The position numbers and the translations under genes were made by a program. A stretch of DNA of 63,411 nucleotides, counting the filler, from Thraustochytrium aureum (lineage: Eukaryota): assembly GCA_012862495.1 (NCBI GenBank). It is 7 parts of 2 records of this genome, joined end to end, with 100 filler letters (N's around TTAATTAATTAA, not from the genome) between each part and the next. Parts side by side here need not be neighbours in the genome. Positions count along the whole stretch, not along the records: positions 35,907 to 48,270 come from BLSG01000091.1; 6 more parts are not named here. The stretch is one strand, 5' to 3'. Below the pieces are notes generated by a model. It did no database searches. It saw only the letters and a program-made list of their open reading frames with translations, and was not told the DNA's origin. How positions within the stretch are numbered: the stretch's first letter is position 1; each line of letters starts with the position of its first letter. Below, one piece after another: positions 37,251 through 47,866 of the stretch.

Positions 37251-39221
37251 ATGTCCAACAGACGCCACATGGTCTGCTCCGAGTGCCACGCCCAGAAAAA
37301 GTCATGCACGTTTCTCAACTCTCACGGCGAGCAAAACGGGGAAAAATGCGACAGGTGTCTGAAGATGGGGCGCCTCTGCGTGCCCCGCGTCGTGCTGCGC
37401 GGCAAGGCCAACCGCAGCCAGAAAGAGGCGCAGCTCGTCGAACTGGACGCTTTTCGCGCCCTCGGCGTGCTAGACCCTGACCTCAGTCTCTCGGCGCACT
37501 CGGATGCAGCCAAGAGCTGGGGCAAGGTGTACAAGTCACTGACCGAATCCGCGTCTGCGGGGGCGACAGCCTTGTCGTCGACGTCGGCGGCGGCGTCATC
37601 GCCGCCGCCACCGCCTCTTTTTCTCCGATATTTCGTGCGGGCGCTTTTGCTCGAGGCTCGAGCGACGCAGTCCGCTGGGCGGCTTCACGCGGCGACTGAG
37701 CTCGCTCTGCAAAGTGGCGTCGCCGCGGACCTGGACCTCCTAAGCGTGGATTTGGCCACCCTAGCGCCTGCGGGGGCCGCTCAGGCGCTCTTCGCGGCTC
37801 TGCGGCCTACCCTTGTGGACTCTGCGGCCAGCGGCGCTGCATTTGCTGTGCTGACGGAGGGGGGGCAGTCGTACGTCTTGGCAAACCCGGCCTATGCGGA
37901 GCTTTTTGACACAGGGCCATCGATTGTCTCGCGCGTTGGGCGGCCAGGCGAAAGCGTCCACTTTAAGGCTTGGGCGAGGTTTGTGCAAGACCAGCGAACC
38001 TATCGAGCGATGCTTTCGGCAATCGTTATCGCTTGCCTTCGTCAGGACACCACGACCACGATAGCGGGGCAGGAATGTTTTCACTGGACCGCACAGCTTC
38101 CTGACGCAGACATCATCGACAAGGACGGCAACCCGTATGCTGCGCAGCTACACGAGTCGGGATATCTTGCACACCAAGGCGCGGTTTCGGTTTTTGTATT
38201 TTCGTTTCGCGGTATTGTCCCTCGCTCACCGGGGAGCGAGATCCGGCTTGCACAAGTCCAATCGGTTCTAGCAGGACAGCAGACGCCGGTATTTTGGGCA
38301 CCGATGGCCAGCCCAGGCCAAGGCTGGGCAGCTCCAGACAACACTGGAGTGTTGCCATCGCCGCCGCCCCACATGCAAACCAATGCTGCTGGGGTGCAAC
38401 CGATATACCATCCCATCCACCACACACATCTGCACAAGTTCCAACAGGGGTTCGCCCAGCAACAGCAGCAGCAGCAGCAGCNNNNNNNNNNNNNNNNNNN
38501 NNNNNNNNNNNNNNNNNNNNNNNNNNNNNNNNNNNNNNNNNNNNNNNNNNNNNNNNNNNNNNNNNNNNNNNNNNNNNNNNNNNNNNNNNNNNNNNGCTTC
38601 CTGCACGACCAGGCTCTTGTGCAGCAACAAGAACACCACCACCACCGCCACCACCACCACCCCTTTCAGCCGCGCGAAACGCAGCCGGCTGGACACCAAG
38701 CCGCACAGCAATCAAGCGTCGACGCAGCAAAGAGCGGCATGAGCGGCGCAAGGTTTTCGTCAGGGCCTAGCACTCCACCTGCGCTTCACGCTCCAGCCCA
38801 ACCGTTCCAAGCAGAGTGGGCGTCACCTCCGCCACCAGCGCCAGGCCGTGTCGCCGACAGCAGTGCGGGGATTCAGCAGACCCAGCAAACCGGAGATGGC
38901 CGCAGCGCTCTTTCGTCTCAGGATGCGAGCGAGCTTGGGGCTCGCCGCCACTCGGACCCCGGCAACAGCTCGCCGCTGCTGTCCCAACGCGACGCGCGGT
39001 TCTTGTCGGAGGACTTTGGGCAGAGGCGCGACCCCGATCCGTATTTCGCTGGCCTACCTGGTCATGCACCAGGCTCGCCAACCGCAGGCGTCGACAACCG
39101 GATGGACACGTCCGACGAGAGCTCGCGCGAAATGTGGCTAAACGCGTTCTTGCACGACTATAGTCAGGAAGTCGACCCCTTTACAGATGCTGACGACGGG
39201 TCCGGTCCAGACCTGGCTTGA
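37251..39221 (+). CDS. Zn(II)2Cys6 transcription factor with PAS-like domain, paralog A (no introns evident; polyQ/polyH)
   Basis: CSECHAQKKSC-x13-CDRCLKMGRLC; linker GRLHAATELAL; PAS-like YVLANPAYAELFD...IIDKDGNPY...GAVSVFVFSFRGI; acidic-aromatic C-terminus (MWLNAFLHDY). Confidence 0.82.
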   Translation: MSNRRHMVCSECHAQKKSCTFLNSHGEQNGEKCDRCLKMGRLCVPRVVLRGKANRSQKEAQLVELDAFRALGVLDPDLSLSAHSDAAKSWGKVYKSLTESASAGATALSSTSAAASSPPPPPLFLRYFVRALLLEARATQSAGRLHAATELALQSGVAADLDLLSVDLATLAPAGAAQALFAALRPTLVDSAASGAAFAVLTEGGQSYVLANPAYAELFDTGPSIVSRVGRPGESVHFKAWARFVQDQRTYRAMLSAIVIACLRQDTTTTIAGQECFHWTAQLPDADIIDKDGNPYAAQLHESGYLAHQGAVSVFVFSFRGIVPRSPGSEIRLAQVQSVLAGQQTPVFWAPMASPGQGWAAPDNTGVLPSPPPHMQTNAAGVQPIYHPIHHTHLHKFQQGFAQQQQQQQQXXXXXXXXXXXXXXXXXXXXXXXXXXXXXXXXXXXXXXXFLHDQALVQQQEHHHHRHHHHPFQPRETQPAGHQAAQQSSVDAAKSGMSGARFSSGPSTPPALHAPAQPFQAEWASPPPPAPGRVADSSAGIQQTQQTGDGRSALSSQDASELGARRHSDPGNSSPLLSQRDARFLSEDFGQRRDPDPYFAGLPGHAPGSPTAGVDNRMDTSDESSREMWLNAFLHDYSQEVDPFTDADDGSGPDLA

Positions 39222-39959
39222 GCATACGTTGTACGTGCCCGAGGCAGTTGGGGTAGAGTGCGTTGCAGCTACCAGGCAGAGGCCAAGTGGCTTCAGGCTG
39301 CAACAAAGGGACATCATTCGATTGCGGTACTTTGTGTGGTTGTCCCCGTCGCCTCGGGCTGCCAGACACCATCATCTGGTCTCGACTGAGAAGGTTATGG
39401 GCAGTGAAACGTTTTGGCGAAAGTTTGGACAGCACGATCTGGCGATTGGCAATCGCGCGGCTCTGGGATGCACTAGGCAACCCTTCCTCAAGCTGGATGA
39501 GCTCGCTCCCAACGCACGCAGAGAAGCTCTTGCTCCAGCACAAGATAAGCGCTCTCGAGCTAGCTCAAGAGGCTCCAGCTAGCTCGAGCTCTCTAGCTAG
39601 CGCTACTCTAGAGAGATCTCGAGGTAGGAGAAGTGAAGAAACGTTTGCGACATGCAAGCTTCAACGGCGTGAATTCGGAATGGCCAACGCAAGCGGCTTG
39701 CTGTGCTCTCTCTAGCTACTAGAGGCACAGCGCCAGGCATAGAGCTTCCTCCGAAGCCGACCTGAGACTCTCCCGTCTTTTTTTGTCAGTTGTTTTTAGT
39801 CGCTTTTGGCGTGGCGCAAGGAGCCGAAAACGGGTTGCACTGCCAGCAAAAACTTGTGAATAAAAATAAACAAGGCTCTCGGATCCCAGTTCGAGGCGAT
39901 TCCGCGCCAAGACGCGACGAGCGCTTTGCGGAACAAGTCGAGTCGCCGAGGTGGTCATG

Positions 39960-41762
39960 CTACATCGTCCATGTCGCGAAAACGTCCTCGCCAAGATCTG
40001 CAATGATGCTGTTGAGGTTGTCCCAGAGCTCGGGAGCATCGGGCTCGATCAAGCTACAGGGCGCAGTCTGCCCCGCGGAGCGCAATCCCTCGCCGTGTCC
40101 AACCGCCGAAGGTGCCACGGGGCTGGCGGCCTCACGGTGATCACCGACCGAGCTGGTTGGTAAAGCAGGCGAGTTTGGCCCTCCTGGTACCATGCCGGAC
40201 CACTCGGCCTGCATCCAGCTGCTGCCATGGCCCGCAAAGGAGCCGCCTTGTGCGTGTTCCAGTGCACGTGATTCGGAGGGGGCGCCGTATCCCGAGTAGA
40301 AGGTGCGGACCAAGAGGGAGGCGGCTGCAGAGCGCCAGCCTGCTGCGGCAGCTTGCCCGAGCCGGGGCGCCTTTCTTGATGCCTCGAGAGCACGGTCTCC
40401 GGAAAGACGGCGTGCAGACTAGCTGGTGACCCATGGGAGGTCGCTCGCGCGATATTTTGCCCCCCCTGGTACCTCGCGCTCGTGTTCCATCTCCGCGCTG
40501 GTCTCCTCATGCCGGGTCGCGGCCACATTAACTAGGTCGCTGCCCGACTCGCCCCTTGCGCCGCTACAGGTGACAAATTGGTGCAACCCGCACGGCATCG
40601 GCTCAGCCGCCCGAGAGCGCTCAAAAGCGGCCAAGTAAGCGCGCCCAGCCTCGTCCACAGGCTCCAGCTCCCGAAACGAAACCGTAAACCAACACAAGAG
40701 GCCCTCGCAGGCGAGAAAGCCGCTATGGTGCACCAAGCAGGTGTACACGTGACCGTGCTTGTCCTTTATCCTCAGCCGTTTGTCGTGGGTAATGTGCCAC
40801 GCGACGTGTGGCAACGGCTCGGCGGTTATCGTTTGGGCCTCGAGGGCCGCCAAGATGACCTGCGACAAGAAATCCTTGGCTTCCTCTGGGTTTTCCAGGA
40901 ACTTTGGCCAAAAGTCGATGATGGGCGCCGACTTTGTCTCCTCCACGGCCTTTGCGATTTCGATCGCTGGCGCAAACAACCACTCGAAGAGTGGCGTGGT
41001 GGCAGCGTTGAAAATACCAGCATTTTGCTGCGTCGCGAATCCCACGCCAGTGCGGTTGTCGTGGTCTTCTGGGACTGCGTTGAAAACCACCTCTTTTAGG
41101 CGCTTGACAAAGGTGCTGTGGACAGGCTGTAGGGAGACCGTGAGCCACTGGATGTCGATGGGGACCCCCGTCTGCGCGATGGCGCGGCGCGCGTCAGTTG
41201 CTGCAAAGTGCGGAATTGGGGCCGGCGTTGCAAGCCGCTTACAGAGAGAGCCAGGCACGTAGCTGCGTGCAGCCTGCCCACGCTCTTCAGCCGCTTGGCC
41301 AAGATGTACAAGCCTTTGATCCACCAGCGCAACGAAACGGGCGGATCGGAGACTAGTGCGAGGTTCCAATGTGGCGTCGGGCGCACGGTCAGTGCACGTG
41401 GAGTGGAGCCAGGGGGACGTGCGCGCGCAAGGCGCATGTAGATCCAAACTAAAAGCAAACTTACGACCGAGCGCGTTGTACGCCCTGACCCAGCCCGATG
41501 CTGCGGTGAACGACGACTTGAGGTCTTGGGCGTCGTCCAGGATTTTGAACATGGAAGTCGGTTCATTTACATTTTCGCTCGCTTCGCCAGACTTGTTCGC
41601 AGTCCTCGCCCGAACGATTATTCGGGGTATGCACTTCTTCTCCAACCGCAGACACCTGTCGCACGACCGTGTGGTTGGGTTCGCCAGCATGGCTTCATAC
41701 TTGCACGTCTTCTTCAACCTGTAGCACTCTGAGCAAGCCCCCGGCTTTCGTCGAAGCATCAT
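39960..41762 (-). CDS. Zn(II)2Cys6 transcription factor with PAS-like domain, paralog B (introns 41353-41464, 41172-41242)
   Basis: CSECYRLKKTC-x13-CDRCLRLEKKC. The spliced linker reads YNALGLSDPPVSLRWWIKG...GRLHAATCLALSTGVPID. PAS-like ATTPLFEWLF...IKDKHGHVY...FTVSFREL. The C-terminal motif LIEPDAPELWDNLNSIIADLGED lies beyond an in-frame TAG at 40419-40421. Confidence 0.8.
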
Positions 41763-42547
41763 CCCAATCCTCGCGGCCCGGGCTCCCTCCCGCGCCCCCA
41801 CTCCACGCACGCACGCACGCACGCACGCACCGCCCGTCCGTCCGCGCCGCAAGCCGANNNNNNNNNNNNNNNNNNNNNNNNNNNNNNNNNNNNNNNNNNN
41901 NNNNNNNNNNNNNNNNNNNNNNNNNNNNNNNNNNNNNNNNNNNNNNNNNNNNNNNNNNNNNNNNNNNNNNNNNNNNNNNNNNNNNNNNNNNNNNNNNNNN
42001 NNNNNNNNNNNNNNNNNNNNNNNNNNNNNNNNNNNNNNNNNNNNNNNNNNNNNNNNNNNNNNNNNNNNNNNNNNNNAGCTAGTCCTGCGAGTGGAGCAGG
42101 TAGGTGCGCAGGTGCGCAGAGGTCGAGGCTCCGCCCAGAGTCCGCGACCTCAGCGCGCACGGCGGCCGCCGACCTCGCGCCTGGCAGGACCCGCTGCTGC
42201 TGGTGCTGCTGGCGATGCTGGTGCTGGTGCTGGTGCTGCTGGTGCTGTTGCGAATCGAGTCTCTCCAGCAGAGCGACGGCGTTGGTGGCCGGAAAGTGGA
42301 CAATTCTGCCAAAAGTCAAGAAAATCCAATTTTTCTGTTGACCCATTGACCGGCCTACTTACCGGTAGCTCTTGAACGAGTTCGCAGTCACCGCGCCAGA
42401 TTCCCCGACGGGGACAGGCGCTGGAACGCGCAAGCGCGTCTCATGTGAGTCGATCGAGTGGGCGCAGGTATTGGCTCCAGCAGCAGGAGTCTGCCAATGC
42501 AAGCTGCGAAACGAGGAGGTTAGAGCACTGTGCTCGGGTGGATTGAA

Positions 42548-44553
42548 TTACATGTTCCAGGTTGCAAACTCCTCCTCGCCGAGGTCTGCGATGATCGAGT
42601 TGAGGCTGTCCCAGAGCTCTGGGGCGTCAGGCTCGATCAAATCGCACGAGTTTGCTCGCACCGTCGCGACGTCGCGCGCTGGGGCTCCAGCCGCGGGCAG
42701 CTGCCCTGCGCCACCCGCCCCGACCTGACCTGGCCGAGTCGGCGCCCCGGTATGCGCCTCCGGCCCACGGACTTTCCATTCCCGAACTCCCCTCGGGTAG
42801 GATGAACAGCGATGCCGGCGCTACTCTCGAGCCCAGGCCGGCTGGGCGACCACCCTTGCGTTGATTCAGCGCCGGGCCAGGCTGCATCGAGGAGTATCGC
42901 ATCTGGTGCGGAGGCCCGGTGTTTGCAGCGAGCTCTGGCGAACGCGAGGCGGGCATTGCAGCAGGCCCCAGAGCAACGCGCGATTCAAAGTTCGAACTCG
43001 TAGAGTGCGCCTCTTTGGCATAAACCCCAGGCGAAAGTGAGCAGTCCATGTGCAGATCCGCGCGACTGCCCTCCGCTGCACTTGGGTGTTGCTGTCCCTG
43101 CTCTACTGCAGAGCCCTGCAACCCCCTCCTATCAGCCCAAGCGGCTGTGCCCTGGTCCACCGGCTGCTGGCCGAGCAGCTCGTCTGAACCCTTGCAGCCG
43201 TGGAGGAACTGCAAGAGTTGACAGGGTCTCGGCTCCGGGGCTAGTGAGCGCTGCAGCGTGGCAAGACAATCGCGGCCGGCTTGGTCGACGGGTTCGAGTT
43301 CGCGAAACGACACGACGAACCAAGTCAACAGGCCCTCGCACGCAAGAAAGCCGGTGTTGCACAACAAGCACGTGAAGACGTGACCGTGCTTGTCTTTGAT
43401 CCTCACCCTTTTGTTGTTGACGACCTGCCACCAGACATGCGGAATCGGCTCCGGCGTGAGCGCCTGTATCTTGAGCGCTTCCAAGACGACGCTTGAGAGG
43501 AACGTATTGGCCTCCTCGGGCTGCTCGAGAAACTTTGGCCACATGTCGATAACGGGGGAGGACCCCGCTCCGAAAGCGTTGGTTGCAATCTGGCTTGCAG
43601 ACTCGAACAGCCATTCAAATAATGGAGTGGTCGCCACGTCGCGCACGCCGACGTTCACCCGCGCCGCGAACGCGACGCCTGTTTGGTTGTTGTGGTCGCA
43701 CAGCGCGACGCGGTGGACCCAGGCTTGCAACTTGTTCACGATGGACCTGTCCACGGGCGCGAGGTCGCGCGTGAGCCTTGGACGTTGATCGGGACCCTGG
43801 TCTGCGGGCCGCGGCTGTCAGTCGCTACCGCCGCCGCCCTTGTGCCATCTTCCCACTTACCGAGAGGGCCAAGCAGGTGGCGGCNNNNNNNNNNNNNNNN
43901 NNNNNNNNNNNNNNNNNNNNNNNNNNNNNNNNNNNNNNNNNNNNNNNNNNNNNNNNNNNNNNNNNNNNNNNNNNNNNNNNNNNNNNNNNNNNNNNNNNNN
44001 NNNNNNNNNNNNNNNNNNNNNNNNNNNNNNNNNNNNNNNNNNNNNNNNNNNNNNNNNNNNNNNNNNNNNNNNNNNNNNNNNNNNNNNNNNNNNNNNNNNN
44101 NNNNNNNNNNNNNNNNNNNNNNNGTACACGCTGTTGATCCACCAGCGCAGGGAGACTGGCGCCTCCTTGACTGAGGCAGCGCAGGGCCGGGAGACAGCCC
44201 GCCACTGTGCGTCAGCCACCTCGCCGAGGCGGCGCCAAACGGCCGCGCGACTGCAACTTACGGCCCAGCGCGTTGTAGGCTTTGACCCACCAAGACGCGG
44301 CGTTGAAGGAAGAGCTCAGGTCTTGGACGTCATGCAAGACGTTGAACAGCTGAAAGGCCTCGCTCTCCAGCCCAGTTTCCTCCCCGGCCCTCGTCGGGGC
44401 CTTGAGTCGAAGGATCATGCGGGGGATGCACCTTTTCCCTAGTCTCAGACACCTGTCGCACGCTCGCACGCCCGGGTTGTTCGCCATGGCCTCATACTTG
44501 CACGTTTTCTTTAGCCTGTGGCACTCCGAGCAAGCCCCAGGCTTGCGCTGCAT
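42548..44553 (-). CDS. Zn(II)2Cys6 transcription factor with PAS-like domain, paralog C (introns 44171-44261, 43802-43860)
   Basis: CSECHRLKKTC-x13-CDRCLRLGKRC. Intron positions and phases match paralog B. PAS-like ATTPLFEWLF...IKDKHGHVF...FVVSFREL. Ends LIEPDAPELWDSLNSIIADLGEEEFATWNM-TAA. Contains a gap and indels near 43780 and in the region 42650-42800. Confidence 0.8.
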
Positions 44554-44680
44554 CGTCCTGCCGGCGGCCCGGCAAGCGCTGCCCCACAGGAGGACCGGGT
44601 CAGCAAGCGCCTGCCTGCTCGCGGTCGCGCCTTCAGCGGCGCGTCAGCGAGCGTACGCCGCGCCGTAGGTCTCCTGTCGA

Positions 44681-44740
44681 AGCCAGACCTGCCGAGGCCA
44701 GACCTTCCGAGGCCAGACCTGCCAAAGCCAGACCTGCCGC
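44681..44740. repeat. 15-bp tandem repeat (RGCCAGACCTKCCRA)x4 upstream of paralog C
   Basis: agccagacctgccga / ggccagaccttccga / ggccagacctgccaa / agccagacctgccgc. Confidence 0.8.
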
Positions 44741-46021
44741 GCCGACGCGTGGCCGCCGCTTCGGCCTCTGCGCGCAACACGAGGGGAAATGCACATGCGT
44801 TTGCTCCCGTAGGGGTACGGTATGCCCATTCTGCGCGCTGCAGTGGCGTTGTCTTGTCTTCCGGGCATTCGTCACTTGGCGCTGCGAGAGTATTTCAGCC
44901 CAATGTACTCCCGACGATCGTCCGATTCGTGCCGGCAGCGCACCTCCGGCGATCGATCATCAACCATCATCAACCATCGCACATGCATGATGAACGGCGT
45001 GGCGGGCGTGCACGCCACACCCCGCACGAACGAAGCGTTTGGCTCCCGAGGTCGCAGGCAAGAGCACGAGCATCATCATGAGGGACCAGCAGAGCAGCGC
45101 GCGGTGGACCGAGGCAGGCGTTGGACCGAGGCAGGGCAGGGCGTTGGACCAAGGCAAACAAAGCGTTGGAAAAGGCTTTGGGTTGGAGCGAAGTGAGGTG
45201 GAGCGCAATAGAGTAGGCCTACTGTGAGTACCTGAGCGAGCGCAGGGCTGCCTGACCTGGTGCGCGTTGTGGGATGCTGGGGGGCGCTCGGGTCAACCTG
45301 CGCTCGGCGCCTCGCGAGAGCTCGAGGTCGCTCCAGCGCCGGAGGACCAAGTTTTGCGACCCAAGCAAGCTGCGGTTCACAGGGCCTGCCTGAACGAGCC
45401 TGGAAGCTGGTCGGTGAAGTTGCTACGGCGATGTCTCTCGCCTATTTCCGCGAGGGCGTCGTTTGGAGGGCGCTCCAAATGACATCCCACTCTTCCAGTA
45501 GTTGGTCACGGCAGCGCAATGGAGTAANNNNNNNNNNNNNNNNNNNNNNNNNNNNNNNNNNNNNNNNNNNNNNNNNNNNNNNNNNNNNNNNNNNNNNNNN
45601 NNNNNNNNNNNNNNNNNNNNNNNNNNNNNNNNNNNNNNNNNNNNNNNNNNNNNNNNNNNNNNNNNNNNNNNNNNNNNNNNNNNNNNNNNNNNNNNNNNNN
45701 NNNNNNNNNNNNNNNNNNNNNNNNNNNNNNNNNNNNNNNNNNNNNNNNNNNNNNNNNNNNNNNNNNNNNNNNNNNNNNNNNNNNNNNNNNNNNNNNNNNN
45801 NNNNNNNNNNNNNNNNNNNNNNNNNNNNNNNNNNNNNNNNNNNNNNNNNNNNNNNNNNNNNNNNNNNNNNNNNNNNNNNNNNNNNNNNNNNNGATGAGCG
45901 GCCCAAGGCAGCGAGAGTGGCTCAGATTGACCTCGCCCTCTGCTTGGGGCGGCCCAGACACCGCGCTCGGCCAGCGCGGTGCCGTGCCCGGCCAGCTGCG
46001 CGCAAGGACGGGTCGGAAGCC

Positions 46022-47866
46022 ATGGGCGAGGACGGCCATGGTGACGACGCGTTCGTCAACCTCGATTCGCACGACTCGCCGCCCGTGTGGACTGCCGGGG
46101 CCGAAGAGCGCCAGGATGGGCGGGCGGACCCGTGGGGCATCCTTTCGCCGCTCGGGGACGGCGGATCTGCTGGCTTTTCTGGCACAGCGGTCGCCGGCGG
46201 CGGAACTGGCGGAGGGGCGACTTGGCCCCCTGCGAGGCAGGACCCTAACGGCGCGCAGGACGCCTCGGCCAGCAGAGCAAGGCCCCTGATCGAAGGCCAC
46301 GTCGACAGATACTCGATCGCGGCACAGGGCAGAACGGGGAGCAGCAGCGCGAGCAGCGCGGGAAGCGCGAGAAGCGCGGCAAGTCCGAAGGCCGGCGACC
46401 GAGCCCACCGGAGCGGCGCCGCCAAGCTCGCCGCGTGCGCAGAATGCAACCGGCTGAAAAAGACGTGCCTGTATACCAAGTGCAGCTTACGAAGTGTAAC
46501 AAGTCGGGTCTGCGACAGGTGCCTGCGGCTGGGGCGCACTTGCGTCCAGCGCATCGTCGTGCGCGCAAGGGGGGCCCTCGCACGCCGCGCGCGCCGTCAG
46601 GATATTGAATCCGACGCCTTCAGGTCGCTCGCGGTGACCGGGAGCGAGTCCGACGTCTCGCTGCACTACAACGCTGCTTGCCTCATGGTCAAGGCGTTCA
46701 AGACGCTCGGGCTCCCAGAACCCTCTCTCTTCCTCAAGTGGTTTGTTTCCAACCTTTTCTTAATTGCCAAGGCAGAGCGCAGCGTCAGCCGCGTGCACGC
46801 TGCGACTACGCTGGCCCTCTCGGCAGGCGTCGCGCTCGACGTCGCGTACCTCGCCGCTAATTTGGAAATGCTTCCCGCTCAAGCAGAAGAGGCGGCACTT
46901 GGCCCCTTTCTGCGGCAATTCTACGAAAACGCGTGTCTCCCCAGCTACGCGTCCATCAACAACCGCGGGTTCCGTCGGGTAGCCGCCTCGCCGGCATATG
47001 AATTTTTATTCGAGGACACAAACTCAATCGTGGAGCGCTCATTCATGGCGGGCCACAACCCCATCATCCACACCTGGCAACACACGGTTGTCAACAAGTC
47101 CTTTTGTGAGGAATTCCTCTCCAGGGCGCTTTTGGGCGCCCTCGCTGCCAACTCGGCGCCCGGCGATCCCCCTGTCCTGCAGTGGCACCATACAGGCGAC
47201 AAGCCTGTTGCAATCCGCGATCGATACGGCAACATCTACGACGCAGTCGTTTACCAGCACGGCGCGATGGCGTACGGCGGAGAGCTCGGATGGGGGTTTT
47301 GCAGTTTTCGTGACTTGCGCCCGCAGTCTCCAGAGGGCCAACGTACCCTCGTCGCGTGCGAAAAGCATTGCACCAGGGATGCCTCGGGCAAGCCGACGTT
47401 TGTTTTGACGCCGTTGGTGAAGCACGACCTGCCCAGCACAGCGACTACGCAAAGTGCTCCATCGTCAGAATTCGCTGGAGGCTTGCCAGGGTCGATTGCT
47501 AGTTCTAGTGTGGACTCGCTGGACCAGATCATCTCGCATTCCCCGCGCGACTGGAAAGACCAACGTGAGGTTGGCTTTTGGGCGGCACCGGCGGAGATCG
47601 AAGGCGCTCCAGGGACGTCTTTTGCAGAAGTGGATTCTGCAACGGCGCCAACGGGAAAAACCGGTTTCGCCATGGATTCTCATGCTCTAGCACCGCATCC
47701 ATCAAACACTGGTCCCACAGTCCGCGGAGGGGCGCGACAGCCGCAAGATAGTATCCAAGCAGCCGCTCCGCTTGGGCAGGTAGGTGGCGACGCCCTTTTG
47801 CAGAGTGGACGAGCCCGGCGCGGTCGCAAGCGCAAGCAACCGTCGGGCAACGCGGACGACAACTAG
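46022..47866 (+). CDS. Zn(II)2Cys6 transcription factor with PAS-like domain, paralog D (intronless, 614 aa)
   Basis: CAECNRLKKTC-x14-CDRCLRLGRTC; linker PSLFLKWFV...SRVHAATTLALSAGV; PAS-like VAASPAYEFLFED...IRDRYGNIY...GFCSFRDL; basic NLS-like RRGRKRK near the C-terminus. Confidence 0.83.
   Translation: MGEDGHGDDAFVNLDSHDSPPVWTAGAEERQDGRADPWGILSPLGDGGSAGFSGTAVAGGGTGGGATWPPARQDPNGAQDASASRARPLIEGHVDRYSIAAQGRTGSSSASSAGSARSAASPKAGDRAHRSGAAKLAACAECNRLKKTCLYTKCSLRSVTSRVCDRCLRLGRTCVQRIVVRARGALARRARRQDIESDAFRSLAVTGSESDVSLHYNAACLMVKAFKTLGLPEPSLFLKWFVSNLFLIAKAERSVSRVHAATTLALSAGVALDVAYLAANLEMLPAQAEEAALGPFLRQFYENACLPSYASINNRGFRRVAASPAYEFLFEDTNSIVERSFMAGHNPIIHTWQHTVVNKSFCEEFLSRALLGALAANSAPGDPPVLQWHHTGDKPVAIRDRYGNIYDAVVYQHGAMAYGGELGWGFCSFRDLRPQSPEGQRTLVACEKHCTRDASGKPTFVLTPLVKHDLPSTATTQSAPSSEFAGGLPGSIASSSVDSLDQIISHSPRDWKDQREVGFWAAPAEIEGAPGTSFAEVDSATAPTGKTGFAMDSHALAPHPSNTGPTVRGGARQPQDSIQAAAPLGQVGGDALLQSGRARRGRKRKQPSGNADDN

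Noticed and set aside
40419..40421. Alternative genetic code (TAG reassigned)
   Set aside because: TAG terminates other genes normally here (GAPDH, PABP, WD40, paralog D), and no other in-frame stops were seen in conserved domains.
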